This document shows positions 22,699 through 34,184 of a DNA stretch of 64,000 bases, in pieces. The notes beneath the pieces were generated by a model. The model saw only the letters and a program-made list of their open reading frames with translations, did no database searches and had not been told where the DNA came from. Source of the DNA: Lingula anatina (taxonomy: Eukaryota > Animalia > Brachiopoda); contig CM120642.1 of NCBI GenBank assembly GCA_051362555.1, forward strand, positions 30,256,001 to 30,320,000, written 5' to 3'. Both the position numbers and the translations under genes were made by a program. Position 1 is the first letter of the stretch. Every line of letters starts with the position of its first letter.

Positions 22699-25600
22699 AC
22701 TAGAGGATCAGAGAGGCGATACCGCCTCCGAATATTGTACCACCAGCTGGAGCAAGCGCATTCGTATAGACCCCCACATACACAAAATAAGAGACACAGC
22801 CACCAGTCTTATGCTTGACAAGCTATAAAAATGCAATCAACAAGAATTTTCAAAATACGCAAAAAATATATACAACTTAAAATGGTACAATCAAAATTAA
22901 GTTCATCGTAAGGTAGGTCAAAGGTCAATTTCAAGGTCACAGAAAATTGCCAGTATATGACTTCCTATTCAACTTCAATAATAACTATGGACCTATCTCT
23001 GCCAGGTTTGGAGTTAAAAGAGAAAGAAATTAGCAGAGTTCAGTTCATGATTATAAGTAGGTCAAAGGTCAATTTCAAGGCCACACTTAGATTGCCAGTA
23101 TATGACTTCCTATTCAAGTTCAATAGTAACTATGGACCTATCTCTGCCAGTTTTGGAAATAAAAGGGAACCAAAATTTGCAAAGTTCAATTCATGATAAA
23201 AAGTAGGTCAAAGGTCAATTTCAAGGTCACATTTAGATTGCCAGTATATGACTTCCTATTCAAGTTCAAAAGTAACTATGGACCTATCTCTGCCAGTTGT
23301 GGAGATAAAAGGGAACCAAAATTTGCAAAGTTCAACTCATGGTGAAAAGTAGGTCAAAGGTCAATTTCAAAGTCACATTTAGATTGCCAGTATATGACTT
23401 CCTATTCAACTTCAATAGTAACTATGGACCTATCTCTGCCAGTTTTGGAGATATAAGGGACTAAATGTTATAATTTTGGAGTTACCATGTGCCATAAATT
23501 TCCTACGGAAAAAATTAATAAAAATAAAGAAAAGGTCATTTTGGTCAAAATTCTTGAAATGGGAGGTGCTCTGAAGTTCCAGATGTTCTAATTTGATGAA
23601 ATAATGTCATTTTTGACCACAAGTTGTCTGCTTTGCCAAGCCTTATTCCGGAGTTCAAAATTTATTATCCATTACTGTACTGCACATTTTGCTTTAACCA
23701 CCAATATGTACTTTTTGATACAGCGTAACTTTGGAGATAAAAGGGAAGCAAAATTTGCAAAGTTCAGTTCATGGTGAAAAGTAGGCCAAAGGTCAATTTT
23801 AGAGTCACATTTAGATTGCCAGTATATGACTTCCTATTCAACTTCAATAGTAACTATGGACCTATCTCTGCCAGTTTTGGAGATAAAAGGGAAGCAAAAT
23901 TTGCAAAGTTCAGTTCATGGTGAAAAGTAGGTCAAAGGTCAATTTCAAGGTCACAGTAAGGTTGCCAGTATATGACTTCATATTCAAGTTCAATAGAAAG
24001 TATGGACCTATCTCTGCCAGTTTTGGAGATAAAAGGAAGGCAAAATTTGCAAAGTTCAGTTCATGGTGAAAAGTAGGTCAAAGGTCAATTTCAAGGTCAC
24101 AGTAAGATTGCCAGTACATGACTTCCTATTCAACTTCAATAGTAACTATGGACTTATCTCTGCCAGTTTTGGAGATATAAGGGACTAAATGTTATAATTT
24201 TGTAGTTACCATAATGTGCCATAAATTTCCTATGGAAAAAATTAATAAAAATAAAGAAAAGGTCATTTTGGTAAAAATTCTTGAAATGGGAGGTGCTCTG
24301 AAGTTCCAGATGTTCAAATTTGATGAAATAATGTCATTTTCGACCACAAGTTGCCTGCTTTGCCAAGCCTTATGTTTTATTTTTCCGGAGTTCAAAATTT
24401 ATTATCCATTACCGTACAGCACATTTTGCTTTAACCACCAAAATGTACTTTTTGATACAGCGTAACTTTGGAGATAAAAGGGAAGCAAAATTTGCAAAGT
24501 TCAGTTCATTATGAAAAGTAGGTCAAAGGTCAATTTCAAGGTCACAGAAAGATTGCCAGTATATGACTTCCTATTCAAGTTCAATAGTAACTATGGACCT
24601 ATCTCTGCCAGTTTTGGAGATAAAAGGGAACCAAAATTTGCAAAGTTCAATTCATGATAAAAAGTAGGTCAAAGGTCAATTTCAAGGTCACATTTAGATT
24701 GCCAGTATATGACTTCCTATTCAACTTCAATAGAAACTATGGACCTATCTCTGCCAGGTTTGGAGTTAAAAGAGAAAGAAATTAGCAGAGTTCAGTTCAT
24801 GGTGAAAAGTAGATCAAAGGTCAATTTTAAGGTCACATTTAGATTGCCAGTATATGACTTCCTATTCAACTTCAATAGTGACTATGGACCTATCTCTGCT
24901 AGTTTTGGAGATAAAAGGGAAGCAAAATTTCCAAAGTTCAGTTCATGGTGAAAAGTAGGTCAAAGGTCAATTTCAAGGTCACATTTAGATTGCCAGTATA
25001 TGACTTCATATTCAAGTTCAATAGAAACTATGGACCTATCTCTGCCAGTTTTGGAGATAAAAGGGAGGCAAAATTTGCAAAGTTCAGTTCATTATGAAAA
25101 GTAGGTCAAAGGTCAATTTCAAGGTCACAGAAAGATTGCCAGTATATGACTTCCTATTCAAGTTCAATAGTAACTATGGACCTATCTCTGCCAGTTTTGG
25201 AGATAAAAGGGAACCAAAATTTGCAAAGTTCAATTCATGATAAAAAGTAGGTCAAAGGTCAATTTCAAGGTCACATTTAGATTGCCAGTATATGACTTCC
25301 TATTCAACTTCAATAGAAACTATGGACCTATCTCTGCCAGGTTTGGAGTTAAAAGAGAAAGAAATTAGCAGAGTTCAGTTCATGGTGAAAAGTAGATCAA
25401 AGGTCAATTTTAAGGTCACATTTAGATTGCCAGTATATGACTTCCTATTCAACTTCAATAGTGACTATGGACCTATCTCTGCTAGTTTTGGAGATAAAAG
25501 GGAAGCAAAATTTCCAAAGTTCAGTTCATGGTGAAAAGTAGGTCAAAGGTCAATTTCAAGGTCACATTTAGATTGCCAGTATATGACTTCATATTCAAGT

Positions 25601-26952
25601 TCAATAGAAACTATGGACCTATCTCTGCCAGTTTTGGAGATAAAAGGGAGGCAAAATTTGCAAAGTTCAGTTCATGGTGAAAAGTAGGTCAAAGGTCAAT
25701 TTTAAGGTCACATTTAGATTGCCAGTATATGACTTCCTATTCAACTTCAATAGTAACTATGGACCTATCTCTGCCAGTTTTGGAGATAAAAGGGTAGCAA
25801 AATTTGCAAAGTTCAATTTATGGTGAAAAGTAGGTCAAAGGTCAATTTCAAGGTCACAGTAAGATTGCCAGTATATGACTTCCTATTCAACTTCAATAGT
25901 AACTATGGACCTATCTCTGCCAGTTTTGGAGATATAAGGGACTAAATGTTATAATTTCGGAGTTACCTTAATGTGCCATAAATTTCCTACAGAAAAAATT
26001 AATTAAAATAAAGAAAAGGTCATTTTGGTAAAAATTCTTGAAATGGGAGGTGCTCTGAAGTTCCAGAAGTTCAAATTTGATGAAATAATGTCATTTTTGA
26101 CCACAAGTTGTCTGCTTTGCCAAGCCTTATGTTTTATTTTTCCAGAGTTCAAAATTTATTATCCATTACCGTACTGCACATTTTGCTTTCACCACCAATA
26201 TGTACTTTTTGATACAGCATAACTCGAAAACCGTATGGAATACAAAAAAACGGAGACCACCTCCAGTGTTGGGCTTTACATGCTCTACAAAATGCAAAAA
26301 AGAATGGGTCTCTAGCATTAACGGTTCCCGAATTAGAGACAGTTTTCAGTTTCGGTATCTTATGGCCGCTACACCTGTGAAAATGCACCGATTGACCCCA
26401 AATTCACACAGATGAAAGATGACCTGAAGGGTAACATTTTCCAATAATATTATTGGTTAAGTCTGTGTGGTGTCTGAATAACAGCGCAAATAATTTTTTT
26501 TTCCTAAAAAAATTCATTTTTTTGAAAATTTTTGCCCGTTTGACCTTGAAATAAAGGTCAAAGGTCAAATCCAAGGGCATATTTGAAATCTACACATATG
26601 ACTTTTGGAAAGCCGTCTGTAGAAATTTTTCCCATAATTCCTTCCGTAGGGTAGATAATTAGCATTTAATTTTGCCATTTTTGGACAAGGGTGCATTGCA
26701 ATGAGTGCCACACCTAGACCCCAATACCGACAAAGCCCAAATTTTACGTGGAACGAGTTGAGATTATAGGTGACCTAAATCCAAGAGATGGGTATGGGGG
26801 CCCTTACCGTCTAGGAGGAGAAGCGGTAACGGTAACATGCCGGCGGAGCCGGCGGAGCCGGCGGAGCCGCAGGAGCCGGCGGAGCCGGCGGAACGGACCG
26901 GACGGGACTAAAACCATGTGTACCGCCAGCGCTAACGCTGGTGGTACAATAA
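22699..26952 (-). mobile_element. non-autonomous Helentron / HINE (DINE-1-like) element with internal satellite
   Basis: 15-bp subTIRs tattgtaccaccagc (22733-22747) and gctggtggtacaata (26937-26951); hairpin 26919-26948; 9-bp microsatellite at ~26838-26890; terminal hairpin gaggcg-atac-cgcctc (22713-22728) followed by CTAGTTTT on -; central tandem array. Confidence 0.8.
22905..26222. repeat. ~146-bp satellite array (about 17 monomers) interrupted by three ~280-295-bp blocks
   Basis: gtaggtcaaaggtcaatttcaaggtcac recurs every 144-146 bp; arrangement A4-B-A3-B-A10-B; identical ORF fragments at 24709 and 25292 show a 583-bp higher-order duplication. Confidence 0.95.
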
Positions 26953-27184
26953 TTAAGGGCTGTAAGAGAGCACCAGCACTGATATATAGTACCCATGCCT
27001 GCTACTTCAAATACATTCTCATAGTGCCAGTTATGACAGAAACATTACAAAACCAGAATTAAACTTTTCAGCCCTGTGATGATGAGGATTCATAAACACC
27101 AGTAGCTCACGAAAGGTCTTCCTCCAATCGACTCAGGAACTACCATTAATTACAATGATTTATATAACAATAAGGAGACCTTAT

Positions 27185-27911
27185 ACTAATTAACCCATGT
27201 GCTGAACATTTTGATGTCTTCTGCTCAAAGACTGGATTCTGACTTGATGTGCTTTGATCATATTCCACTTCAACCTTAGATGTAATCACTCAATTTAATG
27301 CCAGTCCAGCCTTTTTTTCTCAGTGTTGATAGCTTAATTTGCAGGTGCAATGAAAATGTACAATATATGCTAATCTCTTCCAAGAAAGGCTAATACTAGT
27401 CAAGAAAGACTCAGGCTTGGATTTAAATACCTGAACAACTTTGAACTCTAATCTTTTTCAATGGTTTTCTGTAAAAGCCTTTGCAAATGTGTGTTTTAAA
27501 AACTTCTTAGCTGTGCAACCTAACTTTTATGTCAACCAAGAGGTTCTTTATATAAGTCAAAGACTAAGCTATGACAAGAAATATAAGCTGTCGTATCAAT
27601 AGATATTTAAGACTGAATTTCGCAACAATGAGTGAGATCAGCACATGCTTTTAACTTAATTATATACATGCACATGTATGTGACATATTCCTTTCATGCA
27701 ACTTGCATAAATGTAATCAGTTTTGGTCAACAGCAGTGAACTGTTGTGCATGTTTAAAAGTGTTTCATAAACATAAAACAAATGAATGGTAAATTTTCAA
27801 GTTTTAAAAAAATACAGGCTAAATAATGATAGAAAATGTATAATTTTGGAAAATATCACATTTACTGTTATACACAGTTTGTCGTCTTGTACTTCTTGAC
27901 CTCTACATTTA

Positions 27912-27945
<34 letters not shown>

Positions 27946-28760
27946 TACCCACATACACACTTTACTGATTAGATTACCCCCCCAAAAAACTCTTCAGTAC
28001 ATGTTGCAACTGAGTTATATGTTATATGTAAAAATACCTTTAAAAAAACGGATCAAATGAAGTTCACACATTCAAAAAATAAAACTTAGGAAAAGGTTTA
28101 TAAGCACATATATATCACTCCTCAGGTAGTTTTATCCCTAGCCTAAGTGGAAATAAATAACCTTTCTGTGTTCCAAATAATGAAAAATCATGTACAAATA
28201 GGTGAGAATATAACGTATAACAATGAGAAGATTATATATACTAACCCATTTGATGAACATTTTGCTGTCTTCTGTGCAGAGCCTTCTGACTTGATGTGCT
28301 TTGATCATACTCCATTTCTATTTCAACCTTAGACATGAACAGTCTCTCACTTCAATGCCAGTCCCTTTCTTTCCTGGTGTGATGATGGCTCTATTTGCAG
28401 GTGCAATGAAAATGTACAACACTAATCTCTCCCAGGCTTAAAAGAAAGAGTTACGCTGAGCTTTGACTACCTGAACAGCCTTGAACTATGACCTTTTTCA
28501 ATGGCTTTACATAAATGCCTAATGCAAATGTTTGTTGCTTAGCTATGCTACCCACCCGAATGTCAACCTAGCTTCTTTAAATAACCTTGTGACAAGAAAG
28601 ATAAGCTTTAATAACAATAGATGTGTAATATGCTGGCTTTCGCAACAATCAATGAGGTCAGCATTATGCTGTAAACACATACATGCACACACACACATAC
28701 CTGTGCATTCCTTCCATGCAGTTTACACAAATAAGTTATAATTTTTGGTCAACTATTTCC
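27185..28760. repeat. old imperfect direct duplication (~550 bp; 27185-27740 vs 28235-28760)
   Basis: shared strings tctgacttgatgtgctttgatcata, ttcaaccttaga, tttgcaggtgcaatgaaaatgtacaa, ttcgcaacaat, ttttggtcaac. Confidence 0.8.
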
Positions 28761-31369
28761 AATTTTAACAGGGAGTATACCTGATTGACAAGTTTATAGC
28801 CTGCATGGTTATCAAGAAAGACATTTTAAACTAAATGCCCCCCCCCCCCCCAACGTTCTGACATGTTCAGTTAATCAACAGCCGCTCAAACAGAAGATAA
28901 TTAATTGCCAAAGCACACTCCCCTTGTAGTTTAATTACAAAACACCTTCAGACACATTGGTTTTGAAAGACACATCAATGTCAGTCACTCATGTAGTCCT
29001 TAATAAATAAAACGCTGATCAACACTTGGCTCTACCAGTTGAGAGGTTTTAGAAAGACTTCATACCTTCTTACGCTCCAAATGTTAACAACAATGCAATG
29101 CAATGCAGTCAAAGAATGCTAAAGACTTTGTTTACTTAGGAAGTATCATGTCTTTGATACACATGTCAATTATTCCAGAAAGTTTGCTCCTCTCTAAAAA
29201 TAAATTTGTATTTAACAATGGTTCAGGGAGAGCATGGACTGAAGAATACTTAAAATGAACTACGATATTCTGAAAACAAAGTGTATTCAAACTACTTTCA
29301 GCAACTTTTTTATAATTAATTCAAATCAATTTGGATATGAAACATGTATAGCATCTAGGATTTAGATTAATAAAACAAGGACATTTTCTAAATATATAAC
29401 AGAATAGTATAAATTAAATTGAAATGTGACAAAAAGGGTTTATGCTCTTCAGATACCCGTTCTCTCTGATTTTGGGATACTCAATGTAAAATGAAAATAG
29501 CTTTTTAATCAGCTCTCAAAAATTCAAGAAGAATTTATAAAATTGCAGTAGTTGTGACATCACAGCAACCAATTCTGCCCTAGGTGCTCTGCAGTAAAGG
29601 CCTGCAGTTCCAACAAAAGAACCACTGTTGAAAGTTAGTCAACATACTTTTGAGTTTACTTTGCTCAGAAATAAACCAGACACGGTCTACTTAAGTGTGT
29701 TTTGGTTTTGTTTAACAAAGAATAAAAAACAGTTTTTGCACAATTAATCATTTTTTAAATAATTTTTCAAATTTCTACTGTATCAATGCAGTGGAGTAAT
29801 TTTTTCAGTCATGAATAATGTTAAGACTGGTTTTTCATATTAACCCGAATTTCAAAGGGTGGCAGCAAATAGGACTTGAGTGACTGGTACTATGGTGCAA
29901 AAACACTCAGTTTTGTCTAAAAATTATTTCAAGATAAACTTAATACAAACTTTTTCAACCCACACTTTTAAGAATCTGAATGTCTACTCTTTCAACTTCT
30001 CAAAACACCAGTGGTGAGGACTACATTTATAAATGCATGTATCGCATGTATTAATAGCGATCGTTGCCAAAGAAGTCTGTGAGATTGGTCTACCTTCAAA
30101 TCAGTGTTTTCCTTTTGCCATGCTGCTTGTGTATAAGCAGTAAATCATCCATTTCAGTGTCTAAGAAATCCATAAATTATTTAATTAATAATTTATAATA
30201 TTAATGAAGTTAATTAATATCAGTGATTGTCTTGTTTGTAATATATGCACAGTTACTACACGCAACATTTATCCAAGTTGAAGAATGTAAGCGTTAAGCC
30301 ATAAGAAAATCAGAATTGCTAATGTACTTTTCTTTCTCTTTTATTTATTGCCTATTGCCTTAAGGAAACCTCAACCCTTTACACATTCAGACGTAACATA
30401 AATACTTCAAAATAAATTCTGCTTAATTAACCTCTTTAACTATAACTAAGCTATTAAAAGTAACTGAAATCATTTAAGCAAGCAAGCCACCATACTACAC
30501 ACCCAATTCCATTCATCAATACAGAAATTACGTGTATCGATCAGAGACCATTAATTCTGCCCTGAATTCTTGATAGCTTTCTCCCCTTCTTTAATTAACA
30601 GTTCCTTATACACTCTTTCTTGCAGGTAATTCCACTGATGAGTTTGATAAAACAGACCTAGTATAGCTTGGCTTCATGCCCATTCTGTGTTGTATACCCT
30701 GCCTCCTCTGTACTTGCATATGTAGTCCTCTATAAATGGAATACCTTTTGCATTCCACGTGATTGGTCTTATTTTTCTAGCATGATACGTTATTTGAGCC
30801 CAATATTCTGCATGAAACTTGATTCAGGAATTCTTGGTGATTGACCTGAATATATCTAAAATATTTGTTATTGGTGATTGAGCTGTTTTAATTCTTGGTG
30901 ATTGGTGATTAAGGGGGGGGGGGGGTATTCCCTACCTTCTTTTATAGCACCCAAGGCCAGTATTGCAATGTCTCCAGCTTTTTATAGCCAACCTTACAGA
31001 TATGCTAAAAACTTTTTTTTAAAGCCAGATATAATTGGACTTGCTAGATTGAAGGATTTTTGACCTTAAATTTTTTACTGGTTCTTGAAAACTCCTCCAT
31101 GACAGGAAAGACTGACACTTTCAGCATGTCTGATATTCTGTGTGTTGATACATGTAATACAGACCAGTGAAACTGCTCTCAGAGAGTGTATTGACATAGA
31201 CTATACATAGGAACCTTCACCCAAAACATCCACATATCTCTCCTACACAGTAGCACAGCGTACCACAATTTTACAATAAATCAATGTGACATCCATTACT
31301 CTCCTCTCTGTAGCCGGCTGGTTATCTACCCAGTCCACTCAGTCCAAGACAGACACTTTTCAGGAGTAA

Positions 31370-31465
31370 GGACCCATTCCCAATGAAACTACTGTTCTGC
31401 GTAAATTGATCCAGCTTTGCAGGGACTCTTGTGAATGCAATCAGATTGACAAATTAACATGCCTC
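31370..31465. mobile_element. partial Harbinger-like MITE (single arm)
   Basis: gacccattcccaatgaaactactg...gggactcttgtgaatgcaatcagatt, similar to the arms of 20646-20892. Confidence 0.55.
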
Positions 31466-32736
31466 TTTTTTGTTTTTTCTGAAAATTATATGGAGTATAA
31501 TTTTAAATGAATAATTTCAGACCAAATATGCAATGTATTTCAATTATCTACCATCTGTTCTAGATAATGAAGTGTTTTCATCCTGAGTGTTTTGGTATGT
31601 TGCCAGTGTTTTGGTATCTTCCCTCTAGTTGTTTTATTGCTGCCTTTGTGACAAGCTCTAGAAGGTAAACTTTTCCTGATGTACTATGCATAGCTACCTT
31701 TACACCCAACACAGCTGATTTAGGAGACTTCCTTAGAACCAAACTACATTTCTTGTGCTGTTAAGACATGTCTGAGATCTCTTAATCAGGTGCAATGTAT
31801 CCATTTCTATCATCTCCATCTCCTCCACTTCACCTTTCAATTACCAGTGGTGAAACCACAGCAAGCCTGAACTTGGAACATGGTCCTGACTTCCTGTGTT
31901 TTATTTTTGTGGATTCATAGGTAAAAGCTTTTTATTGTTCGAAATAGCTTGGTTATGCCAGACATCAGTTTATGCTAGCCACTACTGAATTGGAATATAG
32001 GAGTGATGAGCTGAACGTGCCCGAATGCCTGTTTTTTGTTTTTAAACGTATATATCTAAAGTAGCTGAATAAACTGATAATTACCATGGCATAAGCTAGG
32101 TGGGTTCTGCAAAAAACACTTTTGTGCTTTTTGTGATGTACAATTTATCATTATTCTGCTGTGGGGTGCATGGGAGTGGAGGTGGGGCTACCCCCCCCCC
32201 CCCCCCCCCCCAAGAGATATTTTGGGCAGGAATATCTTCAAGTGCAATCAATTCTGACACCTCTACTGAGAAGATTCTCAAGACTTCATATAAATTCTCT
32301 CACAATATTATCCCATCATCCTAAGCACAGAACCAACAATAATTGATAAGGGCAAAATAAATGCGCTCGTGAGAACAGTCGCTGAACAGAGTACAAACAA
32401 TGCTTTGGATATGTTGTTTATTCCTAAGGGCTATCATTCAGCTACTAGTCCTAATGATAACCATTATCAGATATGGTAATGTTCTCTATTGTTTCATGAA
32501 GGATAGTGCACCACAGGTCAGGTTCATCATCAATTTACAGATGCAAAATATAGTCTAACTCACGAGGATAATTATTATTTCATTTTATTACCAGTATATA
32601 CACTTCTGAGCAGGGATTAGGTTATAGCACTGTAGCTAGGATAGTTTTCATTTCCCATTTGGAACACAAACATTTCATCACAAAAGTTCAAATTAGAGGG
32701 CCTAATTCCAGGAGTTCTATCTAAAAACGAGATTAA

Positions 32737-32961
32737 GACCCCATTCCCATAGATTTTTGATTGATCTATCCCTGTGGGGAGTCTCACTAGATTACTGTCA
32801 GCTTAGCCAGCTTAAGCGTCTGTCCCGCCTACTAAAAGCTGTAAGGGGGTAATTGACTATGGTGCACGCTCGGCTGACTGCAATTTAGCGTGAACCCCCA
32901 GGGAGTTAGGTCGATATAAATCTAAATCTCTGGATCAACCTAAATCTCTGGGAATGCACCC
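32737..32961. mobile_element. Harbinger-like MITE, TSD TAA
   Basis: gaccccattccca ... tgggaatgcaccc flanked by taa on both sides; reverse-orientation relative of 57579-57789. Confidence 0.7.
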
Positions 32962-32968
32962 TAAAACT

Positions 32969-33179
32969 GGGTTCCCATACCTACATCTATCGATCTCCGA
33001 GGAGTTTCATGCTATATTGCTTTCAGCTTAAGCGGCTTAGAAGTCTGACACACCTACCAAAGCTGTTAAACGATAGCGTGACAGACATCTAAGCTGCTTA
33101 AAATGATTGCAATTAAGCTAGAATCCCCTAGGAGATAGACCTATCCACAGTTAGTACGATAGGGTCTGGGAATGGTACC
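32969..33179. mobile_element. Harbinger-like MITE adjacent to the previous copy
   Basis: gggttcccat ... tgggaatggtacc; internal inverted arms; resembles 52753-52984. Confidence 0.6.
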
Positions 33180-34184
33180 TTATTTAAATGGTGCTGAACG
33201 CAACCAAGTGGAGCAACTGAAGGGGGGAGGGGGAGAAGGAGAGGCATATATTACAGTTATTACAAATGCCTTTATATGGGTCACCACATAAATTCTTCCA
33301 CTGGCCATTATACTGAATCAATTACCTAAGTGAATTGGCATCTCCCTCTTGGGAATCAGAAAATATGAACAACTACAGAGAAAAGATATATGAATCTCTT
33401 CATAGGAGAAGAAAACTGGTAGTCAAATGACTTTTGTCTTCGTGATAAGACAAGATCATTTTTAAAAATAGATAAGATAACAATAATATAATAATCATAA
33501 TGATAATAAAGACAATTTAATCACATTTATTGCAAGCAAATGAGGCAACATAATTAAGAAAATGATACAAATATAATCCCATCAAGCTTTTTTCAAACTT
33601 GAGCTACATGTTAGTCCATGTTTGAATCATGTATTCTTGCATGAAAATAATGAGTTACAAGGGCAGTTGCAGCAATGATAATGGTAACAACAGACACTGC
33701 CACATTAATGATGGATATACCGGGTATGTCATACATACACCCAGTGTCTCTCCATAAAAGGCTACATACTGTAACTTGAAATATGCACTTAACGATACCC
33801 ATCAAACATGTTAAGGGAGAAAGAGGGAATTGAACAAAACCATAGAAATATGGCAACAATTTTTAAATACAATATGCTTCCCAAAAGCCTGATTAAATAA
33901 AGAGATTAAGTGCAGTGCCCTACTGTTGATGCAGTATTGGCTTTTTGGGCCGAAAAATTAGAATATTAATAAGCAACCAGAAAAAATATACCATTTTCCG
34001 TTTTAGGATGTTCTTTAGCAAATATATCCTGTCTGTTGTTATTATCCAGGCTGTTTATGGATATTTTATCTCTGTGTCATCAGAGTTAATGTCACTCTCC
34101 ATCCGTTAATTGTGTGTATAATTTTCAAATGTCTGCAGGTGCCCTTGAATACTGATTACAAATTCTTGATAATGTCTTAACCCT

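Noticed and set aside
22905-26222. Regularly spaced repeats as a CRISPR-like array, and the repeated 80-aa ORFs as genes
   Set aside because: Whole monomers repeat with no unique spacers, the context is eukaryotic with no cas genes, and the ORFs are by-products of the satellite.
26748-27062. ORF with (SRR)n, protamine- or SR-like
   Set aside because: It arises from the 9-bp microsatellite at the Helentron end.
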